A stretch of 64,000 nt of DNA. Origin: Mobula hypostoma. Taxonomy: Eukaryota. The translations under genes and the position numbers were made by a program. The notes beneath the pieces are model-generated. The model was not told the DNA's origin and searched no databases. It saw nothing but the letters and a program-made list of their open reading frames with translations. The stretch lies in NCBI RefSeq assembly GCF_963921235.1, contig NC_086097.1, positions 112,284,001 through 112,348,000 on the forward strand. The letters are read 5' to 3'. Shown piece by piece: positions 1 to 11,680 of the stretch (positions within the stretch are counted from its first letter, which is position 1; each line of letters opens with the position of its first letter).

Positions 1-160
1 TGCCAGGGGTGGTGAAGAGGCACATTGGGGGCATTTAAGAAACCCCTAATGGCACAGGGATGATAGAAAGGAAGGGTTAGATTGACTAGAGAACGTTAAA
101 AGTTCAGCACAACATCATGGGCTGAAGGGCCTATACCATGGTGTAATCTTCTACGTTCTA
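1..160 (+). mobile_element. CR1 LINE 3' end fragment
   Basis: Typical CR1 3' UTR (cagcacaacatcatgggctgaagggcct...) ending in a ttctacgttcta tail. Confidence 0.75.
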
Positions 161-1451
161 AATGAGGAAGAAAGATGTCTCCTTTCCCTCTTTTTCAATA
201 CTTTGAACAAGGGATAGTGAAGTACATTAGATCTATTCTAAACAATCAGGTAGTTTCTTTGTTTATCAAATGTTTTTGTCTGAGCTTCACTAACTTGATT
301 ATGCATTGAGAGATTTGACACAAGAGTTCACTATTCCACATGTTATTTCCAATCGATTATGCTGTATGTATGACCTATATTAGCACTCCTCTACCAGGAC
401 ACTGTTTCTGAAAGTGCAGGACTCCCTAAAAAAAATTAAATGGCGGCTTAAGTTAAATATTTGCCCTGACGTTTTCAGTTTCATATACGGTAATTTCTGT
501 GGTGTTATGCAATTAAAAAAGCATTTTATTTCACAGCAAAATGCGATGATGATAATGCCAATTAGGTTTTACTACCACTGTGCAGAATAAGGACGTCTGC
601 CAAGTAAGTAAAAAAATTATATTGAATGTTGGCTCCTCTCCATTATCAAATTGTATTGCATTAAAAGTTCATTCAAAATCAATCTATATTTACCCCAACC
701 CCCATCAACTGATATCATTTAAACTTCCGAGGTCAATGTCTCAGTCACCTTGGCCACAGCAAAGGCCTAATTAGGCCTGCAGCCACCAGCCATTCTGAAA
801 GGACGACTGGAGGCACATTTTTGCTGTCAAAAGTGTTTGACGATTGTATTATCTAGCACACTCAATCATTGCACTAGAATTTCAAAGCAAATATACACAA
901 CAACTGAAATAACAACACGATTAAAAAAAAACAACATAGCCCATGGTGTCAAAGAGAAATGCACACTAAGCATGAATGGAAATGATGACCAAAAGCTTGT
1001 CCAAAGTGATATTACCATGATACGGACAAGTTAAAAGAAGAAAGAAAGGTGTGGAAATAATGAAAGAGAATTTCTGAGCTTGGGGCAAGACAGCTCAAAG
1101 GTCAAAATTGAGTGATTACTTTTATGGATAACCCAGTCTAGATTATGTTCGACTGAGGAAATGGTACTTGAAGGCCTCACATCCGGGACAAAGTTCATGG
1201 TTTACCACCAGTGAATCCTGACCTCCTGTATAGCTCTAAGGCCTGGGCTGCTTTCAGTTGGCATTTCCCGGCATGGTAAAAATATGTACAGTCATAGGGT
1301 ACTACAGCATGGAAACAGGCTCTTTGGCCCAACTAGTCCATGCTGACCACGGCATCCACCCTTCGAGTCCCTGTTGCCCAGATTCAGCCCATAACCCTCC
1401 AAGCTCCTTCTCTCCAAGTGCCTGTCCAAATGGATCTTAAAGGTTGCAATT

Positions 1452-1648
1452 GGGGTGTTTGGGGTGTCAGGGAGGGGTAGCACCTCTGCTGGGGGAACAT
1501 GTCGCGTCCTTTTCAAGGCGGTTAGTCCACCTTAGGTCCCCACCTGGCACTCATCTCTCACCTGTGGCTCCCCGTAGCTGTTTGTATGCGACAGCGGCCA
1601 CACCCCGGGCGACAGCTTCGACAAGCCGGCTAAACCAGGTGAGGGTTG
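1452..1648 (+). ncRNA. HDV-like self-cleaving ribozyme (predicted), copy 1
   Basis: P1 GGGGTGT 1452-1458 / ACACCCC 1600-1606; P2 CTCTCACCTG 1555-1564 / CAGGTGAGGG 1636-1645; P3 GGC 1566-1568 / GCC 1597-1599; L3 starts TCCCCG; P1.1 GG 1607-1608; P4 1613-1628; J4/2 GCTAA with putative catalytic C1630. Confidence 0.75.
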
Positions 1649-2009
1649 TCGACGGGTCTCAAACCCTCGGTGAGATAGGGAGTTGTCTATCCCAGCATGT
1701 GAAGACATACTCCGGCGGATTGAGTGGACTAATGGAAGGTCCAACGGTCAAGAAGGCAGTCTCTGCAAGCACCGTGGAATGTGTAGAGCAGGACAAGACA
1801 CAGAAGACGTCCTGGTCATCCACTGCGCCTGGTCCCATCTCCAGCCATCTCGACTCTGTCTTGCCACTGGATCCAGATGGGAATTGGGAAGAGAGAGTGA
1901 GGCTGACGCTGCACAACTCTCCCTCACTTAAATCCAAATCATGCGCTAGTCGCGACACCAGCATAATGGTGTTGAGGTCCTCATCGACGTTGACGATGGA
2001 TGAACAACC
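1452..2009 (+). mobile_element. Non-autonomous RTE-type retroposon (5' UTR joined to 3' tail), copy 1
   Basis: 13-bp TSD AAAGGTTGCAATT (1439-1451, 2010-2022); no credible ORF; RTE-like tail GACGATGGATGAACAAC; second copy at 11487-12048. RTE assignment from recalled consensus sequences. Confidence 0.8.
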
Positions 2010-2099
2010 AAAGGTTGCAATTGAGCCTGCCTCGACCACTTCCTCCTGCAGATCATTCCAGGTACTCACTACCTTCTGTGTAAAGAAGTTGCCTCAAAT

Positions 2100-2570
2100 T
2101 TCAAACAACACACAGAAAATGCTGGATGATTTCAGCATGTCAATGAAAATGAGTAGATAGTTGATGTTTCAGACCAAGACACTTCATTAGGACTGAAAAG
2201 GAAGGGGGAAGATGACTGAATAAAAGGGGAGGGGGGAGGAGAAGGAGTCTATCTGGAAGATGACAGAGGAATCCAGGTGGTTGGGAAAGGCAAAGAGCTG
2301 GAGAAGAAGTAATCTGATAGGAGAGGGGAGTGGACCATAGGAAAAGGGGAAGGGGGTGTGGACACAGGGGGAGGTAATAGGTAGGTGAGAAGAGGTAAAT
2401 GACCAGAGTGAGGAATTGAGGAAGAGGGGAGGGGGAGGAACTTTTTTTTACTGGAAGAAATCAACATTCAATTTTTATTCATTTCCCTATATGCTGCCTG
2501 ACCTGCTGAGTTCTCCAGCATTGTGTGTGTTTTGCTGTGGATTTCCAGCATCTGTAGACTTCCTCATGTT
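2100..2570. mobile_element. Penelope-like element remnants (both orientations) with degenerate hammerhead
   Basis: Same family as 51403-52094: aaatgctgga..., purine-rich tract, atgctgcctgacctgctgagtt; decayed hammerhead on the minus strand near 2160-2195. Confidence 0.65.
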
Positions 2571-2574
2571 TATT

Positions 2575-3100
2575 CTATGAAATCTTTCCTCTCATCATGT
2601 ATCTGTGCCCTCTAGTTTTGGATTTACCCCAAGGAAAAGAATATGATGGGTTGCTGTATGTCAGGAAAAATTCCAATAATCCAAAAATCTAAATCCCTGC
2701 CCCATGCACCAGCCCTTCAGCTAACATTGATCTGGCCTATCTTTCTATTCCTGTACTCGCGTGTAATCCAACGATCACTAACATTGAGCTTTGGCATTTT
2801 ATTTTCTGATCTAACTCGTTATACTTATTCTGCAGGATCTCATCCTTTGTTTGCCTATGTCATTTGTACCAATTCGTACAATGACCTCTGGCTGCTCACA
2901 TTCTCCCTTGAGAATTTTCTGCATCCACTCAGAAATATCCTTGACCTTGGCACCATGGAGACAACACACTATCCTGCCATTTCTGTGGTCGGTCACAGAA
3001 TCTTCTGTGGTCGGTCATCGAGTCCCTACCACCATTGCTTTGACTGACTGCACTCTTTCCCTCTACACCTCAGAGCCAGTCATAGTTGCAGAGCCTGATT
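2575..3100 (-). mobile_element. CR1 fragments including ORF1 SGNH-esterase region
   Basis: ORF 2811-2996 CLHGAKVKDISE...EQPEVIVRIGTNDIGK, homologous to the esterase ORF at 23371-23718. Confidence 0.7.
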
Positions 3101-3559
3101 CTAGTAAGAACACCTCCGCCACGGGGGATCCTGCATTGTCTTCCACGTTGTTGTCTGAATCCTTAGTGCCTAGGTGGCACATGCTTGCATTGTCTTCCTA
3201 CTCCCCCTAATTCTCCTATCTCTGATGCTGCCTCCACAAGTTCTCCATATTGATTGGAAGAATAATTAAACTAAGGATTAGTGTTCTCTCCCAGGCTAAC
3301 ATTTCAATTTTAAGGTCCTCATTACTCTCAGTTGTCCACACTGAGCTAGCCACACAGTGTCTGACACTAGACATCCAAACCAGACATTCTGTCATAAACT
3401 CTGTCAGGCAGACAAAGAAAAATGATCTGAAATGTGTTCAAAGCTTCTTTGAAGAAGTTCACTGATTCCTGAGAATACATGACCAATGTACTCAGCAACT
3501 CAGTGTGGAGAACCTCAAGACTATGCATCTGGAATAAGCAATGGAGTGAGTATACTGCC

Positions 3560-4430
3560 TCAAAAACTACCTTAAAGGTATGAGGAATCCACTACTGAAG
3601 AATCCACAAAACTGGAGTGGAAGCAAAATATCCTCAGTCTGGAGGACTACCACAGAAGAATGGAGAAGAGGACAGAATTATAAAATGGCGTGTTGTCAAT
3701 GGTGTGAACCTCTTCAATGATATTGCTGAGAAAATTAAAGTTGCTGATCCTCTCCACCTCTGCTCCCCTGATGAGGACCACAGCTCATGGACATCTGGTT
3801 TCCTCCTCTTGAAGTCAATAATCAGTTCCTTGTTCTGGCTGACATTGAGTAAGAGGTTGTTGCTCTTGTGACACCACTCAGGCAGATTTTCTATCTCCCT
3901 CCTATATGCTGATTCATCACCCCTTTTGATTCGGCCCACAACAGTGGTGTCATCAGCAAACTTGAATATGGCATTGGAGCTGTGCTCAGCCTCACAGTCA
4001 TAAGTGTAAAATGAGGATAGATGCCTTGTGGTGCATCTGTGCTGATCTGACCTGACTGGGGTCAGCATGTGAGGACATTGAGGATCCAATTGCATAATGA
4101 AGTGTTGAGGCCAAGGTCTTGAAGTTTATTAATTAATTTTGACGGTGTGATAGTATTGACTGCTGAGCTGTAGTTGATAATGCTCACCCTGTGTATGCAT
4201 CTTTGCTGCCCAGATGTTCCAGGGTTGAGTGAAGAGCCAATGCGATGGTATCTGCTGTGGACCTGTTGCTTTGGTAGACAAATTGGAGCAGATCAAAGTC
4301 ACTTCTCAGGCAGGAGTCGATATGTTTCATCACCAACCTCTCAAAACACTTCATCATTATGGATGTAAGTGCTGCTGAAGGATAGTCATTGAGGCAGAGT
4401 ACCCTGTTCTTTTTGGGCACTGGTGTAAGC
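3560..4430 (-). mobile_element. Rex1/Babar-type LINE RT fragment (decayed)
   Basis: KFADDTTVVGRIKRGDESAYRREI and ALTSIMMKCFERLV...[14 protein letters not shown] motifs. Confidence 0.85.
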
Positions 4431-6759
4431 GAAGGAACAATGAGAGATTGACCTGATAAGCTCACCACCATTTCAATGCCTCACTTGAATAACCCTTCTC
4501 GGTGATGTCCCAGCTTATCCACCCTTCACCTGATAATGTAGTTCAGTAGCAGGAAGGATCTTGCCCTTCCACAGCAAAACTGGTGGAAGAAAGTAACAAT
4601 GGTACTAGGCCTGACAGCAAATGAAATTGTAGACTACTGTAGAATGCTCTTCTCTTCATTCTGATGCACAATGCCTCATCTTCTAAGATGTCAATCTTGA
4701 CTACATCTTAATTGAATTTTTAATTTCATGGTACTTCAAAATTTCCCCGGCACCTTCTTTTCTTCCTACTGCTGCATCTTTGGATTTTGTTCCCATTGAG
4801 GCAGAGTGATACAGCTGAGAATCCGACTGCACAGTCAATGGCCTTCATCTTGAAAAATGGTTTAGATAAATTGTGCGACAGGAGGTGGGTGGATTCTTGC
4901 CATAAGGAAACAATTTCATGTGTCGATTCATCATGCTTCCATCTTATTTTGTCCTTTGTTTTGAAACTCAATGGAATATTAGAATAGCAACCTTTGTTGT
5001 TATTAAGTCTGACAGAATTTATAGCAGCAATCTAAATTGGTCACAAAAGAGAAACTGCTTCAACTTTACTCTCATATGCTCTAATGTCAATGGCTAATTA
5101 TATTGGATTAATGTTTTAATATTAAGATTTAGTCTGTATCTTCTGAATACATTAGTTTATCATTAAAAAGAGGAAATAAAATAATGCAATAAAATTTAAT
5201 TGCACATTTTTCATGTCTGGATTAGAATATAATATTTGTTAATAATAAGCTATCAACACTAATTTATCATGCTATTGCTAGCGCTCAAACAGTTTGATGT
5301 TTCCATATTAGATGTCAAGCAAACATTTTTGTAATCAGTTTACAAATAGAAAATGCAATGATTGGAGTCACCTACAATTAAACATCCCATATTGATGCAC
5401 AACATCCTATATCTATGGAAGTAGGCTGTTGAGAAACTATAGGAGACTGGGGCTAGCTGGGGAGTTCTTTCATCGAGGCAAAGTCATGAGGGACCAGATG
5501 GCCTCCTTCCACACTGTATGATCCTTGTGATGAAATTGATACACCACACTTCTAACTTCTTTTCCTTAGAAATCACAGTGTGGTTTGTCAAATACTTGGC
5601 TTTGACACATAACGCTTAATTTTTCAGAGGGAGCATTCCTATCTTCTCCACATGCGTGCCAACTAAAAAAAAGTGTGATTCTTCAATCTGCATTCTTCTG
5701 AATGAATGCCTGCCCAGTATAATTAAGCTATCTTTTCACTGGTTTGTCACCGAACATGCCAAGCCTCCTGATGGAATGAATTGCTCTAAAACGCCACACA
5801 AAATGTGACCTTGTTTGGCTGCCAATGAGTTTTCAAACTGAACAATTTATGGAATTAGGCTTTCAGACAATTATTGTAAGTTACAGCACAAATGTTGGAA
5901 CATTTGGATAAATTAGCAATAGAAAAATTCATGATCAGATCTAACTATGGCCTAACTATGCAAGGTAGCAAACTGTGTGCATTAAATATTAGGCTGGCTG
6001 ACTTGAACATAATCCAGCCTCTGAATTGCAAACGTATTTATTTAAATTCAATTCTAGGATTTTAATACTTAGCTTGTGCTAATGCTATTGTATAAGCAAG
6101 TCCTGCAATATCATGTTTTAAAAGTATAAACCTGGAAGCATATTTAGGTTATTAATTGTCTTGTTCATAATGATGCTCATAACAAAACAATTGCCATTTC
6201 TATTTTCTTTGTGTTTTCAGATTCAGATTAAGATTTATTTATCACATGTGTATCAAAACATAGATTCTGTTAGCAGCCTAAGGTTACACAGGGGGCAGCC
6301 CACAAGCGTTGTCACATATTCAGGCCAACATGACAACATAATCCAACAATCTACGGAGAAAAACACAAGCAGCAGCAACAACAACAACAACAAGACAAAA
6401 CAACGTAACAACAACAACACAAGCCCCTTTTCCACCCTTGCATCCCTCCACAGACACAGGACTCCAACCCCAGGACAGGTCTGCAACCTTGGCTCTGGAC
6501 TCTCAAACTCACAGACATCAGGCCACCAATGTCCAGTCTCTCACCTGGACTTTCAGATTCTATATACCATAATTTGCCTTTGATAAACTTGTTTATTGAG
6601 AAGGATCAGACCAAAATGTTTTGTCAAATTTACTTCAGTTCCAAATGTAGCTGAAGTGTAGCAACATTCTGATCATTGCTGTAATATGGTCTATTTTCTG
6701 AATAGGATGAAATGGAAAGCTGCATTGACTATTGATATGTAAAACCATATACGAAGTTT

Positions 6760-7325
6760 GCTTTAGGTTTGTCAGAATCAGGTTTAATATTACTAGTTGT
6801 AAAACTGATTCTTTTGTGGCAGCAATACATAACAAGAAAACTGTGAATTACAATAAGTATGATATATATATTAAGTAGTCAAATTAAATTAGAACGGTAA
6901 AGAAAAAGTAGTGAAGTAGTGTTCATGGGTTCAATGTCCATTCAGAAATTGGATGGCAAGGGGGAAGAAGATGCTCCTGAATTATTGAGTGTGTGTCCTC
7001 AGGCACCTGTACCTCCACCCTGATGGTAACAATGAAAAAAGGGCATGCCCTGGGTGATGCATGGTCCTTAATGAAGCCTCCTTGAGGCACTGCTCCTTGA
7101 AGATGCTTGGATGCTATGGAAGCCAGTATCCATGATGGAGCTGACTGAGTTCATAACTTTCTTTAGCTTGTTTCGATCCTGTGCAGTGCCCTGTGCACCC
7201 CGGCCCAACGCCATACCAGATGGTGATGCAGCCAGTAAGAATACCCTCCATGGTACACTTGTGGAAATTTGTGAGTGCCTTCGGTGACGTACCAAATCTC
7301 CTCAAACTCCTAATGAAAAATATTC
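6760..7325 (-). mobile_element. Rex1/Babar-type LINE 3' fragment
   Basis: FIRSLRRFG...LTNFHKCTMEGILTGCITIWYG; tail cagaatcaggtttaatat. Confidence 0.8.
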
Positions 7326-7404
7326 TCACTCTTTCCTAATTTATTAAGGTCAATTTAATTTTGTTCTAATTTCTGAAGATCTTATATGGTATTTTGCTTC
7401 TTGT

Positions 7405-7893
7405 TTTCAAAGATTATTAAATGAAACTAGATCACATGGAATTGGGGGTGATGTACTGTCACGGACAGAAGATTGATTAATAGAATGGAAACGGAAAACA
7501 CTCATAAACGGGTGGTTTTGGGTGGAATTTTGTGACCAGAGGTGTTAATACACAACCTGTATCATTGATTTCAGTGTGGGGGATGGGGTGAAGGGTCAGG
7601 AGGTCAGGTGTAATCTATCCAGGTTTGATGAGTATGCCAAATGGCATAGTGGTCTAGATTATGAGGAGGTGGCTTCATTGGGATATAGACAGGCTAAGTG
7701 AGTGGGTGAGGACATAGTCAATGAAATACAATATGGAAAAATGCAAAGTCATTTTCTCTGTAAGGAAAAAATAGAAAAACTAAATATGTTTTTAAATGAT
7801 GAAAGGTTAAAAGTTGTTAGTGTTCAAAGGGACATGAGTATCCACATACAGGAATTACTGGAAGTGCAGGTACGCCAAACATTCAGAAAGGCA
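7405..7893 (+). mobile_element. Old CR1 RT fragment
   Basis: Degraded CR1 ORF2 (gatatagacaggctaagtgagtggg; LKVVSVQRD...QVRQTFRKA). Confidence 0.6.
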
Positions 7894-7894
7894 A

Positions 7895-8463
7895 TTTGTA
7901 CAAACAGGTCATCAATAATAGGCAATTCGAAGAACTTCTAGTGGGATTGGAGAAAATCGCATGGAAGGCATTCAAGGATGTTCTTGAAATTTTTTGGAAA
8001 CTACAGAACACCAAATTACATGCAGCTGGTTGACAACATGTTTCTAGCATACAAAACCATGAAGTGTAACATGTCACTAAAGATTCATTTTCTGCATTCC
8101 CATTTAGACTTCTTCCCTGCAAATCTTGACGCTGTCAGTGACGGGCATGCTGAAAGGTTTCACCAGGACGTTACGGTCATGGAGAAACTGTATCAGGGCA
8201 ACTGGCTGATTATTGTCAGACACTGAATACAAATAAAAATCATCTACAAAACATTTTTAGTCCAGTTGAACTATTGCAAAGTGTCAGCACAGTTAAGCAA
8301 TTAAACCCATTAAATTCAATTAAAAGTTCATTTCTTGTTTCTCCAAAATCCTATGTGATACCAGTAGTCTGAAATTATATCTATGTTCAGCTTCAAACAA
8401 AAACAAACAAATCTATCACAAACGAAAGAAAATTCTGTGGAAACAACAATTTGTTGTCCTGTG
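7895..8463 (+). mobile_element. Chapaev3-type (CMC) DNA transposon, 3' part with transposase C-terminus
   Basis: CNMSLKIHFLHSHLDFFPANLDAVSDGHAERFHQD...MEKLYQG motif; terminus aatttgttgtcctGTG followed by TTA. Family assignment from recall. Confidence 0.7.
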
Positions 8464-8669
8464 TTATTAGTGTCTCTCTTATGTTATGACATCTAGTTCT
8501 ATTCTGCTCTAAAAGTCAAACATTTGGGTTATACTTCCTGAATATAATGTTCAAAACTGTCGGAGGCGTCATGTACCTTAAAGAGGCTCATTCTAGTATC
8601 CTGCATGAAAATAGTCCAGATAGTTACACAGACAGGTTATGCAGTGAGGGTAGGAGCTTTTTACGTATG

Positions 8670-8930
8670 GGAACAAACAGTCTATGTTTCGGGCCGAAAC
8701 TATTCTTCAGATCTGGAAAGGAAGGGGGAAAAAGTCAGAATAAAAAGGTGGGGGGAGGGGAATGAGTACAGGCGGCAGAGACCAGGGGAAGGTGGGTGGG
8801 TAGGTGAGTGAGGGGGATGAAGTAAGAAGCTGAGAGGTAATAGATGGAAGAGGTAAAGGACTGAAGCGTTATTCTAATAAGTGAGGACAGTGAATCATGG
8901 AAGAAAGAGAAGGAGGAGAGGAACAGATGA
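8670..8930 (-). mobile_element. Penelope-like element 3' remnant
   Basis: Degenerate hammerhead and purine-rich tract as in the other Penelope-like copies. Confidence 0.6.
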
Positions 8931-9104
8931 CCCCGTGATTCGAGTCTCTTAGGCCGACATGAGAGGATCCTTTAGGAAGGTGAACCCATGGAAAGCATCT
9001 GGCCCAGACAAGGTACCTGGCTGGATGTTGAAGATCTGTGCTGATCAACTGACCAGAGTGTTCATTGTTTCGGCAGTCTGAGGGACACAAATGCTTCAAG
9101 CAGG

Positions 9105-9894
9105 TGTATGGCCCTGGTATTGATTTCTACTGCTACTAGTATTTCATTTTAGCCGCTTCTGCTTTTGGTTTTGACTAGAGATAAGAAGCCCTGCTGTTCA
9201 AGTTAGGAATGTCGTGTCAGCCAATCAGGATGGTGATAGCGGGAGAAAGTTCTAGAGAGAGAAGGGTGGAGAGAGATTTGTGATAGACAATAGTCTGGTT
9301 CATGGATCTTTTTGGCGGGAGCTGTGGACTGTTCAGGAGGGAAGATGCCTGAGAATGCTGTGGGAAGGAGAGTCCCCGCACAAAGTACTTTGTGCAGATG
9401 AATGGCTCCGAGGAGGAAGGACCAATACTCCTGAGAGAGAGCCCATTTGTTCAAGAGTGAAGTCCATGTGCTTCCATGCAGACTGTGGATCCAGTGCATG
9501 AATAAGGACAACTCCAGCATGAACTACAACTTCATGTGCACGTTACACTGGTTTAACTGTAATAGGTGCTTTTATTTAGTTTTTCTTTTTCCTACAAACT
9601 GTTCAATAAAGCTGAAATGTGTAAATACACTTTAAAAAAAAATTATGCAGTGTTTCTTATCTGTTATTTCTTGCCAACAATTGTGCCTGGGCAGTGTTTA
9701 AACAGCATTCACTCCATTTGAGGTTTCTTTAATCGGAACATTACGATGTTCCTGTTTGGTTGAACCCTGAATCATACCGATCCTAGACGTATATTGTTTG
9801 CAAAAGGTGGCCTGCTCACCGCTGAGTCTCATGGCTGTTAGCAGAGCCGGCTAATGAGCCAAGTTTGCATCTGAGCCCAGTGAGGGGGGCTACA
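9105..9894 (+). mobile_element. Solo LTR (790 bp)
   Basis: TGTA...TACA termini; perfect 4-bp TSD CAGG (9101-9104, 9895-9898); AATAAA near 9605; interrupts the Rex1 RT sequence. Confidence 0.85.
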
Positions 9895-10262
9895 CAGGCT
9901 TCAATTATACTGGTGCCTAAGAAGAACGTGGTGATCTGCCTCAATGACTGTCATCCAGTGCCACTTACATCCACTGTGAGAAAGTGCTCTGTGGGGTTGG
10001 CGATGAAATGTATCAACTCCTGCCTGAGAAGTGGCTTGGATCCACTCCAGTTTGCCTACCGTCACAACAGGTCAACAGCAGATGCCATTTCATTGGCTCT
10101 TTACTCAACCCTGGAACATCTGGACAGTGAAGATACATACATCAGGATGCTCTTCATTAACTACAGCTCGGCATTCAATCCTGTTGTGTCTGTGCACAAC
10201 TACATATCAATTAAATGAAAGCACACATGCAAGAGATGGCTTCAACTGATGTGTTCACATTG

Positions 10263-10299
<37 letters not shown>

Positions 10300-11486
10300 C
10301 AATACTCTTACATAGACAACAGTGCATGCGCAGATAACAGATCAATATGTAGTGCCAAAGGGGGTGTCATTGCTCTCAAAGAAATAGATCCATACATTAC
10401 ACTTCCTCTCCCTTTAGATTAATGCAGCATAAAACTGTACATGTACAAAACATTCAATTTCCCTTTCATAAACCCATAATCCAAATAAACATGTTTTCAC
10501 AATAACAGTCCATAACTACCTTCACAGTTCTAAAGATTTTGGGTGGTGCCTTGTTTCTTTTAGGATAGCACCTCTGGACCTGTGGAGTGGCATCAGGTTT
10601 GGCAGGTGTCTTGTCTAAGACAACATTCTCGGTTTCCGGTGTCATGTTGCTGTTAGTGACATCATCACTGAGAGGCAAGTTAGGTGTCCGTCTTGTTGGA
10701 TACAGTTGATGCAGGTGTCTTTTTCGGTTGAGCATCCAGTATCTGGTCCACATGACGTCTGCATGTCTGATTTCCAACATCGACTATGTACATCAACAGT
10801 CCCGTTCTTGTAGCTATCCTACCAGGTGTCTACTTGTCTTCATGGTAATAAGTGCCAGGACTTCTTGTCCAATCTTGAAGCTCCTTACTGTGTCACTTGG
10901 CAACTGGCTGAACTGCTTATTCTTCACTTCCCTCCGTAGATCTAGTTTCAGGAGGTTTAAGCAAGATCTCAGATTCCTGTTCATGAACAGCATTGCGGGT
11001 GATTGATTTGTCGTTGCATGAACAGAGTTCCGATACACCAAAGGAAGTTGTCCACCTTGTGCTGTAGAGAAATGTCCTCCATGACCATCGCTTTAATGGG
11101 TTTCTTGAAGGTTTGAATAAACCTTTCAGCTAACCCATTCATTGCAGGGTGGTGAGGAGCTGACTTGAAATGTCGATGCCATTTTTTTTCATGAACAGTT
11201 GGAATTCTTCTGACGTGTATTGTGGTCTGTTGTCACTCACAATTTGTTCTGTTAAGCCATTTCTTGCTAAGATAGTCCTCAGAGCAGAGACAGTTTTTGC
11301 TGAGGTGCTTGACTTCATTGTTATTACCTCCAGCCACTTCGAATGAGCATCCACTTTAGGATGTAGTATGTAAGGCACTGGACACACTTTATGGAATCTT
11401 GGTGCTGCTGTTTCATCCAGTTCAGTTTTGGCCTTCATGCCGTTGAGTTTATCAATTCCCTTCTCAAACACCTTATCATTAGCATT

Positions 11487-11680
11487 GGGGTGTATGGGGT
11501 GTCAGGGAGGGGTAGCAACTCTGCTGGGGGAACATGTCACGGCCTTTTCAGGGCGGTTAGTCCACCTTTGGTCCCCACATGGCACTCAGCTCTCACCTGT
11601 GGCTCCCCGTAGCTGTTTGCATGTGACAGCGGCCACACCCCGGGCAACGGCTTCAACAAGCCGGCTAAACCAAGTGAGGT
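11487..11680 (+). ncRNA. HDV-like ribozyme (predicted), copy 2
   Basis: P1 GGGGTGT 11487-11493 / ACACCCC 11635-11641; P3 GGC/GCC; GGGCAA junction; perfect P4 CGGCTT/AAGCCG; J4/2 GCTAA (C11665); one mismatch in P2. Confidence 0.7.

Larger units (their letters stand above)
1290..2095 (-). mobile_element. CR1 3' end fragment split by the RTE-type insertion
   Basis: CR1-type 3' UTR (tacagcatggaaacaggc...; ...ttctgtgtaaagaagttgcc) continues on both sides of the 1452-2009 insertion. Confidence 0.7.

Noticed and set aside
1444..2160. 238-aa ORF, and the related ORFs at 11428-12100, as a novel protein
   Set aside because: It spans a CR1 remnant, the retroposon and a Penelope remnant; the frame is broken in copy 2; no recognisable domain.
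4726..4971. Minus-strand ORF with RKKRR as a possible alternative RIMS first exon
   Set aside because: No similarity to known gamma-RIM N-termini, and the candidate donor is weak and phase 0 whereas phase 1 is needed.
10266..10297. (GA)n microsatellites here and at ~13660-13695 as independent features
   Set aside because: They are internal parts of the two Gypsy LTRs.
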